Source of the DNA: the human T2T-CHM13v2.0 reference genome, Homo sapiens
Assembly (NCBI RefSeq): GCF_009914755.1
Contig: NC_060934.1
Reading direction: 5' to 3' (one strand)
DNA length: 64,000 bases
Shown here: positions 39,513 through 55,496 of the stretch, piece by piece
How positions within the stretch are numbered: the stretch's first letter is position 1
How the letters are laid out: each line of letters begins with the position of its first letter
Program-made: the position numbers and the translations under genes
Notes under the pieces: generated by a model
Database searches by the model: none
Told to the model about the DNA's origin: nothing
What the model saw: only the letters and a program-made list of their open reading frames with translations

Positions 39513-39872
39513 TTTTTTTTTATTATTATACTTTAAGTTTTAGGGTATATGTGCACAAAGTGCAGGTTTGTTACATATGTATACATGTGCCATGTTGCAT
39601 GTTGGTGTGCTGCACCCATTAACTCATCATTTAGCATTAGGTATATCTCCTAATACTATCCTTTCCCCCTCCCCCCACCCCACAACAGGCCCCGGTGTGT
39701 GATGTTCCCCTTCCTGTGTCCACGTGTTCTCATTGTTCAATTCCCACCTATGAGTGAGAAATGCGGTGTTTGGTTTTTTGTCCTTGCAACAGTTTGCTGA
39801 GAATGATGGTTTCCAGCTTCATCCATGTCCCTACAAAGGACATGAACTCATCATTTTTTATGCATGGAATAC
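39513..39872 (-). mobile_element. 5'-truncated L1PA with a short 5' inversion
   Basis: L1PA 3' end; TSD TAGCACACTTT (39505-39515, 39873-39883). Confidence 0.93.
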
Positions 39873-41517
39873 TAGCACACTTTCAAATGCATGTAGATGC
39901 TGTAGTAATACTTGTCTCAGCCAGGCGTGGCGACTAACGTCTATAATCCTAGCACTTTGGGAGGCAGAGGCAGGAGGACCGCTTGAGGCCAAGAGTTCAA
40001 GACCAACCTGACCAACATAGCAAGACCCTGTCTCTTAAAAAACATTTTTTTAAAGAGAGAGAGAGAGAGAGAGAGACGGGGTCTCACTCTGTCATCCAGA
40101 CTGGAGTACAGTGACGCAATCATAGCTCACTGCAGCCTCCAACTCCTGGTCTCAAGCAATCCTCCTGCCTCAGCCTCCTAAGTAGCTGGGCCTACAGGTG
40201 TGCACCACCACACCTGGCTAATTGTTTTTTAATTATGTTTTTGGAGATGAAGTCACACTATGTTGAGCAGGCTGGTCTCTAATTCCTAGCCTCAAGTGAT
40301 CCTCCTGCCTATGCATCCCTAGTAGCTGGGACTACAGGTGCAAGCCATCCTGCCCAGCTCTGTACTTGTAAGGAGGGGGTGTTCCACATACTTTAGCAGG
40401 AATTACTACTAAAGAACAACCTTCTTCTAGACATCTGGCTACAATTCAAAGAGTTGCTACTAGGTGAACAACAGTGATATTTAGGATTTTTCAGGGCAAC
40501 TGATATGAGAAATTCAATGAATTTTATAGCAACAGAGTTGCTATAAAAACTATTACTGTTTTTATGCATTCTAATGATTCCAATATTCACGCACTTAAAA
40601 AATACTGATTTTAAGAAATTTCGTACTACCCAGTTACAAATTCATTCCTTCTTCTTTAATCCCAACTGGTTTCAGCTTTTACTTAGCTGGATCTTGGATT
40701 TACTATCTTGTTACTCCCACTGTTAGGACTTCCCAGAACTCCATCCTCCAATCCTACCATGCTTTGGAGTCTCAGTCATTGCTCTGGCATCAGAGCTCTC
40801 AGCTCTCTGTTAACAGTTTCAGAAAAGAAGGAAGTTAAGTCTCCCTAGAGGGATGATTTTGATAAACTCAATAATTACCTTGCTGATAAACCAGTGGGGG
40901 ATAAGGGAAAAGGCAAACTATAACTTTAGCTCTTGTTCCCAAAGTCAGAAATATAACTGTCTATTTCAGGCCAGGTATGGTGGCTCGTGCCTGTAAACCT
41001 AGCACTTTGGGAGGCTGAGGCAAGAGGATTGCTTGAGACTAGGAGTTCAAGACCAGCCTGAGCAACATAGACAGACCCTGTCTCTACAAAAAAAAAAAAA
41101 AAAAAAAGTCTATTTCCCTTCCCAGATTTACAATCATTTTATCAAGTAGTCAAGATGTTACAACAAAACGTTAAAGATGTCCAGATTCTAAGGAAACTGG
41201 AAACTCAACAACTCTACATTATGTCACTCCATTAATCAAAAATATTTAAAATAAAAATGTTTCAGGAATAGAAGAAATATCTCCTATATCTTGGTTAGGT
41301 GTGTAACTTCACTAATTAAACAGGAATATTAATCACAGTAGTATGGTGAGGCCCCGTCTCATCTCCAAACTGGTTAGGGTCTTATGGACCAAGTCAGTAG
41401 TCTGACAAGTTGTTTACTAATAAATAGGCTACGGCCATTTGGTAGGCTGTTATTACTAATGCAGTTAAGTACATATATAGGGAACATGCTCTTAATTTAA
41501 TTACAGCACGTCTTTAA

Positions 41518-41872
<355 letters not shown>

Positions 41873-42017
41873 TGAGATTTATTTCTAACCCTGGATTTGG
41901 TAAATTCGATGAACTATACTACAGAATTATACCAAGTGGCTGACATTAGCATTTTCAAGTTGACTCATTGTGTGTTTCTCTAGATAACTTCAGAAATCTA
42001 GTAAATACCAGGCTTAG

Positions 42018-42305
<288 letters not shown>

Positions 42306-44490
42306 TAGGCTGCCCAGAGTGCTAGAATTACGGGCATAAGCCACGGCACCCAGCCCACCCCCCATTTTTTAATCTTTATTGTTTTGCAATAAAATTTGGA
42401 GAAAAAACAGTAGAGGTAGAGAGAATTTTCTTCTAAATTTATCTAGAGCATAAACATAAAGCAAGAAACTAATCCAAACCAAGCTTTAACTTTTTTTTTT
42501 TTTTGGAACTTATAGACTAGTTTTGGAGTATAAAATCCCTATCAGAAGAGCTCACGTAGTTAAAAGAAAATGTTCCATCCCCATAAAGATGCTTTCGAAA
42601 AGGTATACCAGATTTCACCATTTCCAAGAATACTTTATCTTATTCACTGCTCACCAAATGACAATGGCTCTTAATTCTAAGTTTTGGCTGTAAAGTTGGT
42701 TATATGATTCTAGAAGGATATACTCTAAGTTGTTAAAAGTATATGGATACCTGAAGTATTTCATCGAAAGTGACAGAAGTCTATTTGAGAAGCTATCAGA
42801 AAGAAATACGATGACCGAAGTTCACACTGTTGTGCCCCTTATTCACTTAGAATTGTGACTTAGCAAAGAAAGACATGACTTACACCAACCCAAAAAACAT
42901 TTGTTCAACAAATTGTGTTAAGATTCCAAGGGAGATCATTAACTTATTAAAGTAAAGAAATTAAAACACATACACACAAAACTTTTAGTAATACTCATTT
43001 GTTTTCCAGTTACATAGATTTTCTACTCATTGCAGCTCAAACAAATGCCTGTATTTGCTACTACACACTACCATATGTACCTGTGTAGAGCAATAACTTA
43101 ATTTGTCATGTCATAATTAAGAATAAGCTGCTGGCCGGGTGTGGGAGCGCACACCTGTAATCCCAGCACTTTGGGAGCTGAGGTGGGTGGACTGTTTGAG
43201 CTCAGGAGTTCGAGACCAGCGAAAGCCTGTCTCTACCAATACAAAAAAATTAGCCAGGTACGGTGGTGTGTGCCTGTAGTCCCAGCTACTCAGGAGACTG
43301 AGGTGGGAGGATTGCTCGAGCCCAGGAGATGGAGCCTGCAGTGAGCCAAGATCACAGCACTGCATGGGTGACAGAGTGAGACCCTGTCTTAAAAAAAAAA
43401 AGAAAAAGAAAGAAAAAGCTGCTATTTTTGCTATTTTTTCTTTTCAGATAAGCTTTATGATGACTAAATTTTGAAAACAGATATTCTAAGCATAATCTGT
43501 TTATTTTCCTGTCTTTACAAAATCAAGCAAAAGGGTCTGCATTTCCAGTTGTCAAACTTTTCTGTTTTGCAATGACTAATAATTTTGACCATGGAAACTT
43601 CCCCAAGAAAAATGCATTTATGCCAAATTGCAGATAATATTCTGTTAAGTTTCTGAAGCATCAATCTATTTGATTAGAGGCTTGACTTTCTTTCAGAAGG
43701 GGAAAAAAGAAACACATATTCCATATTTATATATGCTTCTATACGCTCCCAACAATCACCTGAAAAAAATAGAACCCTACATTGTCAGAACTAGAATTTA
43801 ACATGAAAGTTTAAGATATGGAATAGAAAAATATCTGATTTCTAAAACTAAAAAATCAGGTCATGATATTTGAGCACTTTAAGATTTAGAGAAAGCTTTT
43901 ATCTACCCAGTGTTTCATACTGTTTATACCATGTTTTGGAAAATTTCTGGTATCTCAGAAGTTTTATGTTAGAAGATACTCTGAGCTATAGGTGCTTTTA
44001 TATTTGATCCTAAAATTGACCCAGAGCAAAGGACATCCCTACAATTTAAAAATATCCAGTGAGCCCTTGCCTTTACCTTCTCTACCCACTGGATTCGGAA
44101 ATAATCAAAGCAGGGTACGCGAGTCACAAGATTTTCCAGAACTGGCTGGACTGATTACCTAATGGCATATGCCAAACTGAATATCCACATTAAAAGGTCC
44201 TGATATGGGTTGGACACAGTGGCTCACGCCTGCAACCCCAGCACTTCTGGAGGCTGAGGTGGGCAGATCGCTTGAAACCAGGAGTTCGAGACCAGCCTGG
44301 GCAACATAGGGAAACCCTGTCTCTACAAAAAAATAGAAAAATTAGCTGGGCGTGGTGGTGTATGCCTGTGGTTCCAGCTATTCAGGAGGCTGGAGCAGGA
44401 GGATCACTTGTGCCTGAGAGGTTGAAGCTGCAGTAAGCCAAGATCATGCCACTGCACACCAGCCTGAGTGACAAAGTGAAACCCTATCTC

Positions 44491-44515
<25 letters not shown>

Positions 44516-44521
<6 letters not shown>

Positions 44522-44594
44522 ATATGGATATGAGCCCTTGGGCATTTTTCCTTAGTCTGATATCAATATGAGCCCTTGGACATTTTTCCTTAGT
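44516..44594. repeat. 38-bp tandem duplication (2 copies)
   Basis: AGTCTGATAT..ATATGAGCCCTTGG.CATTTTTCCTT x2. Confidence 0.9.
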
Positions 44595-47181
44595 GGAGCT
44601 GACTGAGCTGTGTTAAAGGTACATGCTCACTAGATCATGACATTCCCTCATTATAATCCCTCGGATGACTGACCATATTAGGAATAAAGTCCAAGGCCAA
44701 GCCCGTGAGAATGTATTCATGTAAACTTAATCACAATAGATTTTTTATACAAAAGAAAGAAAATCACACTCTAATGAATCAAGTTAATCAGATTTTTTTT
44801 TAAAGGCTATAATCCAAAATGATGTCTACCACACCTTTATTTGTGTTTTAAACAAGTAACTTCCTTTAAAACAAAACAAAAGAATTCCTTCCAGCCTCTC
44901 AGGCAGGAAGGCTTCTGCCCAAGGTCCACTGAGGTCTAGACTACTGGTAAAATCCAGAGTCATAAGAACTTGTGCTTTTGAGCTGGGACAGGGCGTGCCA
45001 AGGGCAGAGTCTTCCTTTGAGTAATCCACTTTATAGACACAACCAGTCCCTTATAAGGCTTCAGTGTCTGAGAGTAATCTAAGTGAACACACTTAACAGG
45101 ACACCAAAATGTAGCCTGTTTCCTATTTTGGAGTAACCTGAAGCAGCAATAAGAGTAGGTACCAAAACATCTATGATCATTCTGGTCCTTGGTAGGAATA
45201 CAGTCACTTAGAACACTGGGAAAATAGCTCTATGTCAAGAAAATGTTTTCCTACCTGTAGCATACCTGTATGCCAGGGTATTATCAATAAACTTAGGGTC
45301 ATCATTTTATACCTCTTCATTGCTCAAAATGGTCTGAGATGCTACAGTATGATATACATGCTATTATACAACAAGCAGATAATTCAAGCCAACCCAATGG
45401 GGCCAATTGAAGAGGGAAGGATTCTGCAGTTTATATCAACTCCCAGGAAATCAGATGTAACAAATTCGAGTTTCTGAATAAATACCACTCTGACACTCCC
45501 ACAGGAAAAACACATGCCAATTAGAAGTCCCTCCTGTATTTGTGGCACATAATTGGCCTAGGGCTGTTTGCTCCATTGCCTCTAATTGGAGTCTTACCCA
45601 GGAAGGCTCCTGGGAAGCAATGTAAAAATTGGAATTTCAGGCAGTACAGAACTGCAGCAAACTTCCTGGTAGAAGTGCAATGAATGTGTCTATTTCTATC
45701 TAATAGTCAGGCCCAGAAAAACAGTAAGACAGCACACACAAGAACAAAATTACTATTATTCTAGACGTGCACTGCAAAGTGATGTTCGTGTTGTATATTG
45801 ACATCTAGCTAAAGAAAGTCAATAACCTATGTAACTCTTACAACTCAAAAACCTTTGTACTCAATGTGAATCAAACTTCCTTACTGAAGGAAAAAAACTG
45901 AAAGGTAGAAAAAGAATAAGATATTTGTCCTTGTGTTAAGTTGCTAAATACAGTACAAACTGCTTCCATTGGAAAGGAGAGTAAGAAAAGATGTGTTTTT
46001 TAAAATGACTGTTTAAAGTTGTTCTTATAACACATGTTCTTTGTAAAAAGATTAGACAATATAAAAAGACAAAAATGAAAATAAAACCAAGAGTCACTGG
46101 CAGTCCCACGAATCATAACTATTTTGATATATATTTTATTGTTATTTATTTTCCTAAGACAGGTTCTTGCTATGTTGCCCAGTCTGGTCTCAAACTCCTG
46201 GACTCAAGTGATCCTCCCAGCACAGCCTCCCAAGTGGGATTACAATTGCCCCACACTCAGCTATTCTGGTGTATACAGTTGTAGACTTCTTTTTCCCCTA
46301 GAAAAGTAAAGACTTTTACAATTTGTGGTAAGCCTACCAATCTGTATTAAAGTTAGGTTTCTTCTCACTGGTGTATACAGGAACAGCTATTTCCTTTTAG
46401 AAGTCTGTGTGCCTACCTGTATTAACTCTATCTTAACTGTGCAAATCTTAACGGTACTAGCCCGTTACTAAATTTTCCTATACTCATTGAATAATCTAGT
46501 TTACTTTTACTGTTTCATAAAGATCCCACAGCCAAAATTCTGTGCTGGCTACCTGGTTTATTTTAGAACCAGTAATGAAGTATTACGACTTTAGTTCCAA
46601 ATACACATACAAAAAGGACCAATGTAATTTTTTCTTTTTTTTTTCCAAGACAGATTAAATACTTTTGCTTTTACTCCTCCTCTCCTTCCCCAAATTATAT
46701 TTGCTCCTTTAACTAAATAATCTAGTTTTAAGACTAACTTCTTATTTAGTCAATGGACCTTTTTTTTTGAGACAGGGTCTCACTCTGTCACCCAGCTGGA
46801 GTACAGTAGTGCCATCTCGGCTCACTGCAACCTCTGCCTCCCAGGCACAAGCGATCCTCTCACCTCAGCCTTCCAAGTAGCTGAGACTACAGACACATGC
46901 CACCATGCCCGGCTAATTTTTGTATTTTTTGTAGAGACAGGGTTTCACCATGTTGCCCAGGCTGTTCTCGAACTTCTGGACTCAAGCCCTCCACCCGCCT
47001 CAGCCTCCCAAAGTGCTGGGATTACAGGCGTGAGCCACCACGCCCAGCCTAATCAACAGACCTTTAGCTCACAGCACAACGAGGCATTTTAAGCACTTGT
47101 TGAGAGACATATAAGAAAATTCATATGTAGAACTAGCTGATCTGAGTAAAGAGACTGTGTCCAAAAACAAGGATGCCTTAC

Positions 47182-47240
47182 CTTATCTGCATAAATTGGA
47201 ATATCATGAAATGGAGATATATATTGTCCTTTCTCATTTT
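47182..47240 (-). CDS. PPA1: PPA1 exon 2 (KNEKGQYISPFHDIPIYADK)
   Basis: TTTTGCAG| acceptor, AAG|GTAAGG donor; 59 nt. Confidence 0.98.
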
Positions 47241-48118
47241 CTGCAAAATAAATTAGAAAAAGTTATTACTATAATTAATTATATTGCTAAATGCCCACAG
47301 TACACATTTTTTTTTTCTGAGATAAGGTCCCTTACTCTGTCACCCAGGATGGTGTGCAATGGTGTGATCTTGGCTCACTGCCACTTCTGTTTCCCTCTTG
47401 AAGGCTCAAGTGATCCTCCAGCCTCAGCCTCCTGAGCCGCTGGAACTACAGGCATGAGCCACTACGCCTGGCTAATTTTTGTGTCTTTTGTAGGGAGGTG
47501 GTGTTGCCATGTTCCCCAGGCTGGTCTCCAACTCCTGAGCTCAAAGCAGTCTGCCTACCTCAGCCTCCCAAAGGGCTGGAATTACAGGGGTGAGCCACCG
47601 CACCCTGCACCCGACCAGTACACATTTTTAAACCAAGATATTATTCTTACACTAGAAAAACTGTTTGTATACTTCACTTCTCCTGACTGTACTCCCAGGC
47701 TAGGCTGGGTTTACATCCTATGCACTCTGTAGGCATCTAATAAGTACTAATCTCTATAGTGAGAGCAGAGACTACTGAGGACACAAAAGGCGATTAAATT
47801 GTTTTGGACTGATCTTACATCAGTTAAGTTTACAGAACCATTATGAAGTACTTGGGAGGAAGGGAGGGGACCACTTTACTAAACAATGTTGCTAAAAGTG
47901 GTGTTCCCAGAGACAGCCAGCCATCTTAGATTATGACTTTCTTTAAGGATAATCAAGTTGCAACAAACATCTTCACAAATAATTTCTATTATATTCTAGA
48001 TATATATTACTAATATATTCTAGAGGCCTAACTATAGCCAAAAAGTAATTTTAAAACTTCTTCAGTATTCTTTAGGAAACCTACTGTCCACATCGCATCC
48101 CTTCAAGTTTAAAAATCA

Positions 48119-48262
<144 letters not shown>

Positions 48263-48265
48263 TCA

Positions 48266-48475
<210 letters not shown>

Positions 48476-49437
48476 TTATCAGTTTTAAAGAAATTGACAA
48501 ATGTAATATTATAAAGCTTAAAAAAGTTTATTTCTATTAAGGAAGGATAAAGCACTTAAAATTGGATAACTATGTAGTGGGTTCTAATTATTAGTATTTC
48601 TTAAGTTCCAGAGAGTTCCACTTGATAAAAACAGTTACTTCAGCTAGTGCCAAATTCTAGGAGTAGCTTTGGTCTCCCATAACGGCCACCAAATATTAAT
48701 TGCAAATAAATAACCTAAGTAAAAGCAGTGTGTTTGTTCTGCATATATAGCTTGAAGATCCACCCCTCACCTTCAAACCAGACAGTCACCTCTGTAAGCC
48801 TTTCCTACAGAGAAATTCTGGAGCCAACACTATTTCCAGAAAAACAGTCCCATGAATTATTAGTCAAAAGTTACTGGACTGTCCTTGCTGCTTAATTGCA
48901 AAATTAAATAAAATGGAGAGTGGGGGGTAGTTCTCACCCTTCCTGGATTTTACCTGATAGTTAACCTTTGGCTAGATGTGTAAGCTTTACAGTTCGCTTT
49001 CCTTTTCCTCCCGCACCAGGCTACTTTTTGTTCCTTCAATGCCTATTCATTCGTCTCCTCTACTCCCCGCTTCCCCTTCCTTCATACACCAACTCAGAGT
49101 TCGAGGCACCTGCCCATTTCCTTCCAAATAAAACTGTAAAGAGGTTACAATAGAAGCGCCTGTGGTGACACATTTACGAACGCCTCCGTTATCGCCCATA
49201 ATCTACTCCTAGTAGCTGGGGGTGGGGGGAGTAAGAGGATAAAGAAAAACCCCAAGTAGCTTTCCTCCACCTACAAGGCCAAAAAAACGTGGTGCCCTAA
49301 GGAGCGTGGAGGGCGCCAGCATGCAGCCTCCCGGTTTCCCCGTGCAGCCCTAGGTGCAGGACCCGGGGTAGGTACCCCCTAGACGCCGAATCCTGCAAAG
49401 GTAAAAACTTGGCACTTTCTCAGTCATGTTTCCAGAC

Positions 49438-49445
49438 TGACGTCA
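49438..49445. promoter_or_regulatory. Full palindromic CRE TGACGTCA in intron 1
   Basis: Motif match at the edge of the CpG island. Confidence 0.5.
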
Positions 49446-50104
49446 TCTGTTTGATTTGAGGGAAACAGCTTTCTGTTTCATAAGGAGCATTCCCAGCATC
49501 GGCGCTGAGGGAAAACAGGCGGCGCAGAGGCAGGAGCACGACCGGGCCGCGGAGGACCGGTCCAGCGCCTTCACAGACGGCTCCCGATCCGGGCCTCAGT
49601 TTCCCCGTCTGTAAAACGAGGGGGTGGACTTGGCTCCGCTCAGCGCCGATAATCTGAGCTACGGCGGCGGAATTAAGGTCTTTAGGAAGTCACTGCCCCC
49701 CCCCGCCCGGAGTCGCCTTTTCTCCAAACTGAGCAATCCTCTTACGGGAATTATGTTACTTCCAAGCACCTTTCTAGGGTGGGTCGGTGATTTCCTTTTC
49801 CCAACAGACCCTGTCAGAGCCAGACACCTGCAAAACTAGCTGGGCCCAGGTTCGGGTACCCCGAGGCGTGAGAAAGGGACCATCTCCGTTCAGCGGGGAG
49901 GGATGGCCGGAGGCGACCCTCGCCGCCCCGACCGGCGGCGGCAAGTATGCAATGTGAGGCCGGCCAGGCCCCACAACGCGCCCGAGGAGACGGGCCCGCG
50001 TCGGAGACCTGGGGCCGAGCGCGGGCCGCACCCTCCCGGGGAGGCAAGGCCCGGGAATGAATGGGCGGACGGGCGCGGAGGGGCCACGGGCCGCAGACAC
50101 TCAC

Positions 50105-50168
50105 TGAGGAAGACTCGGTACTCCAGGGAGAAGGGCGCGGCGCGCTCCTCGGTGCTGAAGCCGCTCAT
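50105..50168 (-). CDS. PPA1: PPA1 coding exon 1 (MSGFSTEERAAPFSLEYRVFL+1 nt)
   Basis: ATG at 50168; donor A|GTGAGT; 64 nt. Confidence 0.98.
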
Positions 50169-50342
50169 AGTGCCGGAGTCCTGCCGCCGCCGCTGCCACA
50201 GAGCCACCAGCCCGCACGCGGCGCCGACTGACAAGGAGAGAGCCCCACGCCTGCGCACTGCGAGCACTGGACCGGCGGGCGGGGCGGGGAGCGCCTTTAA
50301 CGCGGCTCTGCTAGTGTTCCCACCCCCGCCGGGCCAACCCCG

Positions 50343-50354
50343 TGCGCAGGCGCA
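50343..50354. promoter_or_regulatory. NRF1 consensus site TGCGCAGGCGCA (weaker copies ~50247-50257 and 50505-50514)
   Basis: Match to the NRF1 motif within the promoter; binding is inferred. Confidence 0.7.
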
Positions 50355-50438
50355 CTCCGCCAGGCCCGGGTGTCCGCACTCCCCAGCCCCGCCCCTCGGG
50401 CCCAGCCTCCGCGATGGCAGCTAGGGCTCAGAGGCTGG

Positions 50439-50448
50439 GCCACGTGGC
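50439..50448. promoter_or_regulatory. Palindromic E-box GCCACGTGGC (MYC/MAX or USF type)
   Basis: Motif match within the CpG island. Confidence 0.55.
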
Positions 50449-51623
50449 TGCCGCCGGCGCTGGTTCTGTTCCTTCGGCTTTGGGCTCTGACCCGGGAGGG
50501 CAAATGCGCAGGCTCTAAGCTTGGACTAGCTAGGAGTTGACCGCCGACCACGCACACAGGGAACTCACCTTTGATTCTCACACACTCCTCCCCGCAGTCC
50601 TATTCCTTATCTCAAAAGGCGTTGATAAGTCACCTGCTTCCCCAGACAGGCTCTGCTTGCGGTCTTAAAGGTGAGCATTTTTCTGATCCGTCGTAACAAA
50701 GTTGAGCCATATTACTGACACCCCTAGTGGCTACTAGTAAGGTACTCGCTTCTCCACTTTCTATAATCTCTCTCACTCCGTTGCTTATCTGGGAAGTGAA
50801 GATAATAATATAACTATTTCATGAGTTACTGGGATGATTACCCGAGTTAATACACGTCAAATTCCTGAAGCAGAGCCTGTATCTTTGTAAACAATCTGGA
50901 AGTTGTTACTGTCACCCTCCCCAGTGGGGGAGGATTTACGCCCCCGCGCCCCCCGCCCCCTCCATCCCCCCTGCCACCCTACTTAACCCACCTGGGTCTC
51001 CAGGGGCTTCAGATGGAAGCACTGGGAAGGTCCAGGCGTGAGCTAGAGTCCCGTGAAGGAGTGTTCTCAGGGACAGGCTCTTCTGATCTTGATTTCCTGT
51101 TTATATTCCATCATATCAGGCCAGACCCCAAAAACTAAAGTCTGATTGAGGCAGTGGGAAAATATTTGCATCACTTACCTCCCCAGGAATACATGTAAAA
51201 GAAAAAAAGTATATCCACAATCCTAAATATAAATTAGCAAATTATTATTCACATTTCAAAGAATGCCTGGTTTTATTTATTTATTTATTTTAATTTCATG
51301 GCCAGGATTTCTTTAAATAACTTTTTCTAGAACATTAAAGATAATGTGCCTTAATGACATTTTGAATTAAACCCTTTTTTCCAAACAATGTCTATTGTAA
51401 AAAATGAATATTAAATGAAAACCTAGTAAGATCTCCAGTTAGTTATGGTGTCCCTCCCTTTGTCTCCATCCAACTCCCAAACCTCACTGACACCCATTAA
51501 TTTTCAGAAGGCTGTGATTCACTGATTTTTTGAACATTTCACCACACTGTTTTACTGCTGTTAAAACAGAAGGGCAGGAAAAAAAATTAGCGAAGCAATA
51601 GTTTAGTCAATAATTAGGGTCAA

Positions 51624-54924
<3,301 letters not shown>

Positions 54925-55274
54925 TTAGTATTTATTGATCATTCTTGGGTGTTTCTCAGAGAGGGGGATGTGGCAGGGTCATAGGATAATAGTGGAGAGA
55001 AGGACAGCCGATAAACACATGAACAAAGGTCTCTAGTTTTCCTAGGCAGAGGTCCCTGCGGCCTTCCGCAGTGTTTGTGTCCCTGGGTACTTGAGATTAG
55101 GGAGTGGTGATGACTCTTAACGAGCATGCTGCCTTCAAGTATCTGTTTAACAAAGCACATCTAGCACCACCCTTAATCCATTTAACCCTGAGTTGACACA
55201 GCACACGTTTCAGAGAGCACAGGGTTGGGGGTAAGGTTATAGATTAACAGCATCCCAAGGCAGAAGAATTTTTC

Positions 55275-55496
55275 TTAGTACAGAACAAAATGGAGTCTCC
55301 TATGTCTACTTCTTTCTACACAGACACAGTAACAATCTGATCTCTCTTTCTTTTCCCCACATTTCCCCCTTTGCTTTTCGACAAAACCGCCATCATCATC
55401 ATGGCCTGTTCTCGATGGTCGCTGTCTCTTCGGAGCTGTTGGGTACACCTGCAGAAAGGCTGTCACTTCACACTTGGAAGATTGCACAGCGGCCAT
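55275..55496 (-). other. AUG-initiated 73-aa Np9-like ORF within the SVA (expression unknown)
   Basis: [73 protein letters not shown]; the last 59 aa closely match HERV-K(HML-2) Np9 exon 2 as I recall it. Confidence 0.5.

Larger units (their letters stand above)
49170..50700 (-). promoter_or_regulatory. CpG island / PPA1 promoter
   Basis: Dense CpG and high GC around exon 1; GC boxes (GGGGCGGGG 50281-50289, ~50386-50394); TTAAAGG on the minus strand at 50300-50294. Confidence 0.92.

Noticed and set aside
49903-50424. 173-aa plus-strand ORF antisense to PPA1 exon 1, and other CpG-island ORFs
   Set aside because: Low-complexity Pro/Arg/Gly/Ala content expected from stop-poor GC-rich DNA; no recognisable domain
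54939-55160. 73-aa minus-strand ORF in the SINE-R (HHHSLISSTQGHKHCGRPQGPLPRKTRDLC)
   Set aside because: Generic translation of LTR5-derived sequence shared by SVAs; no known product
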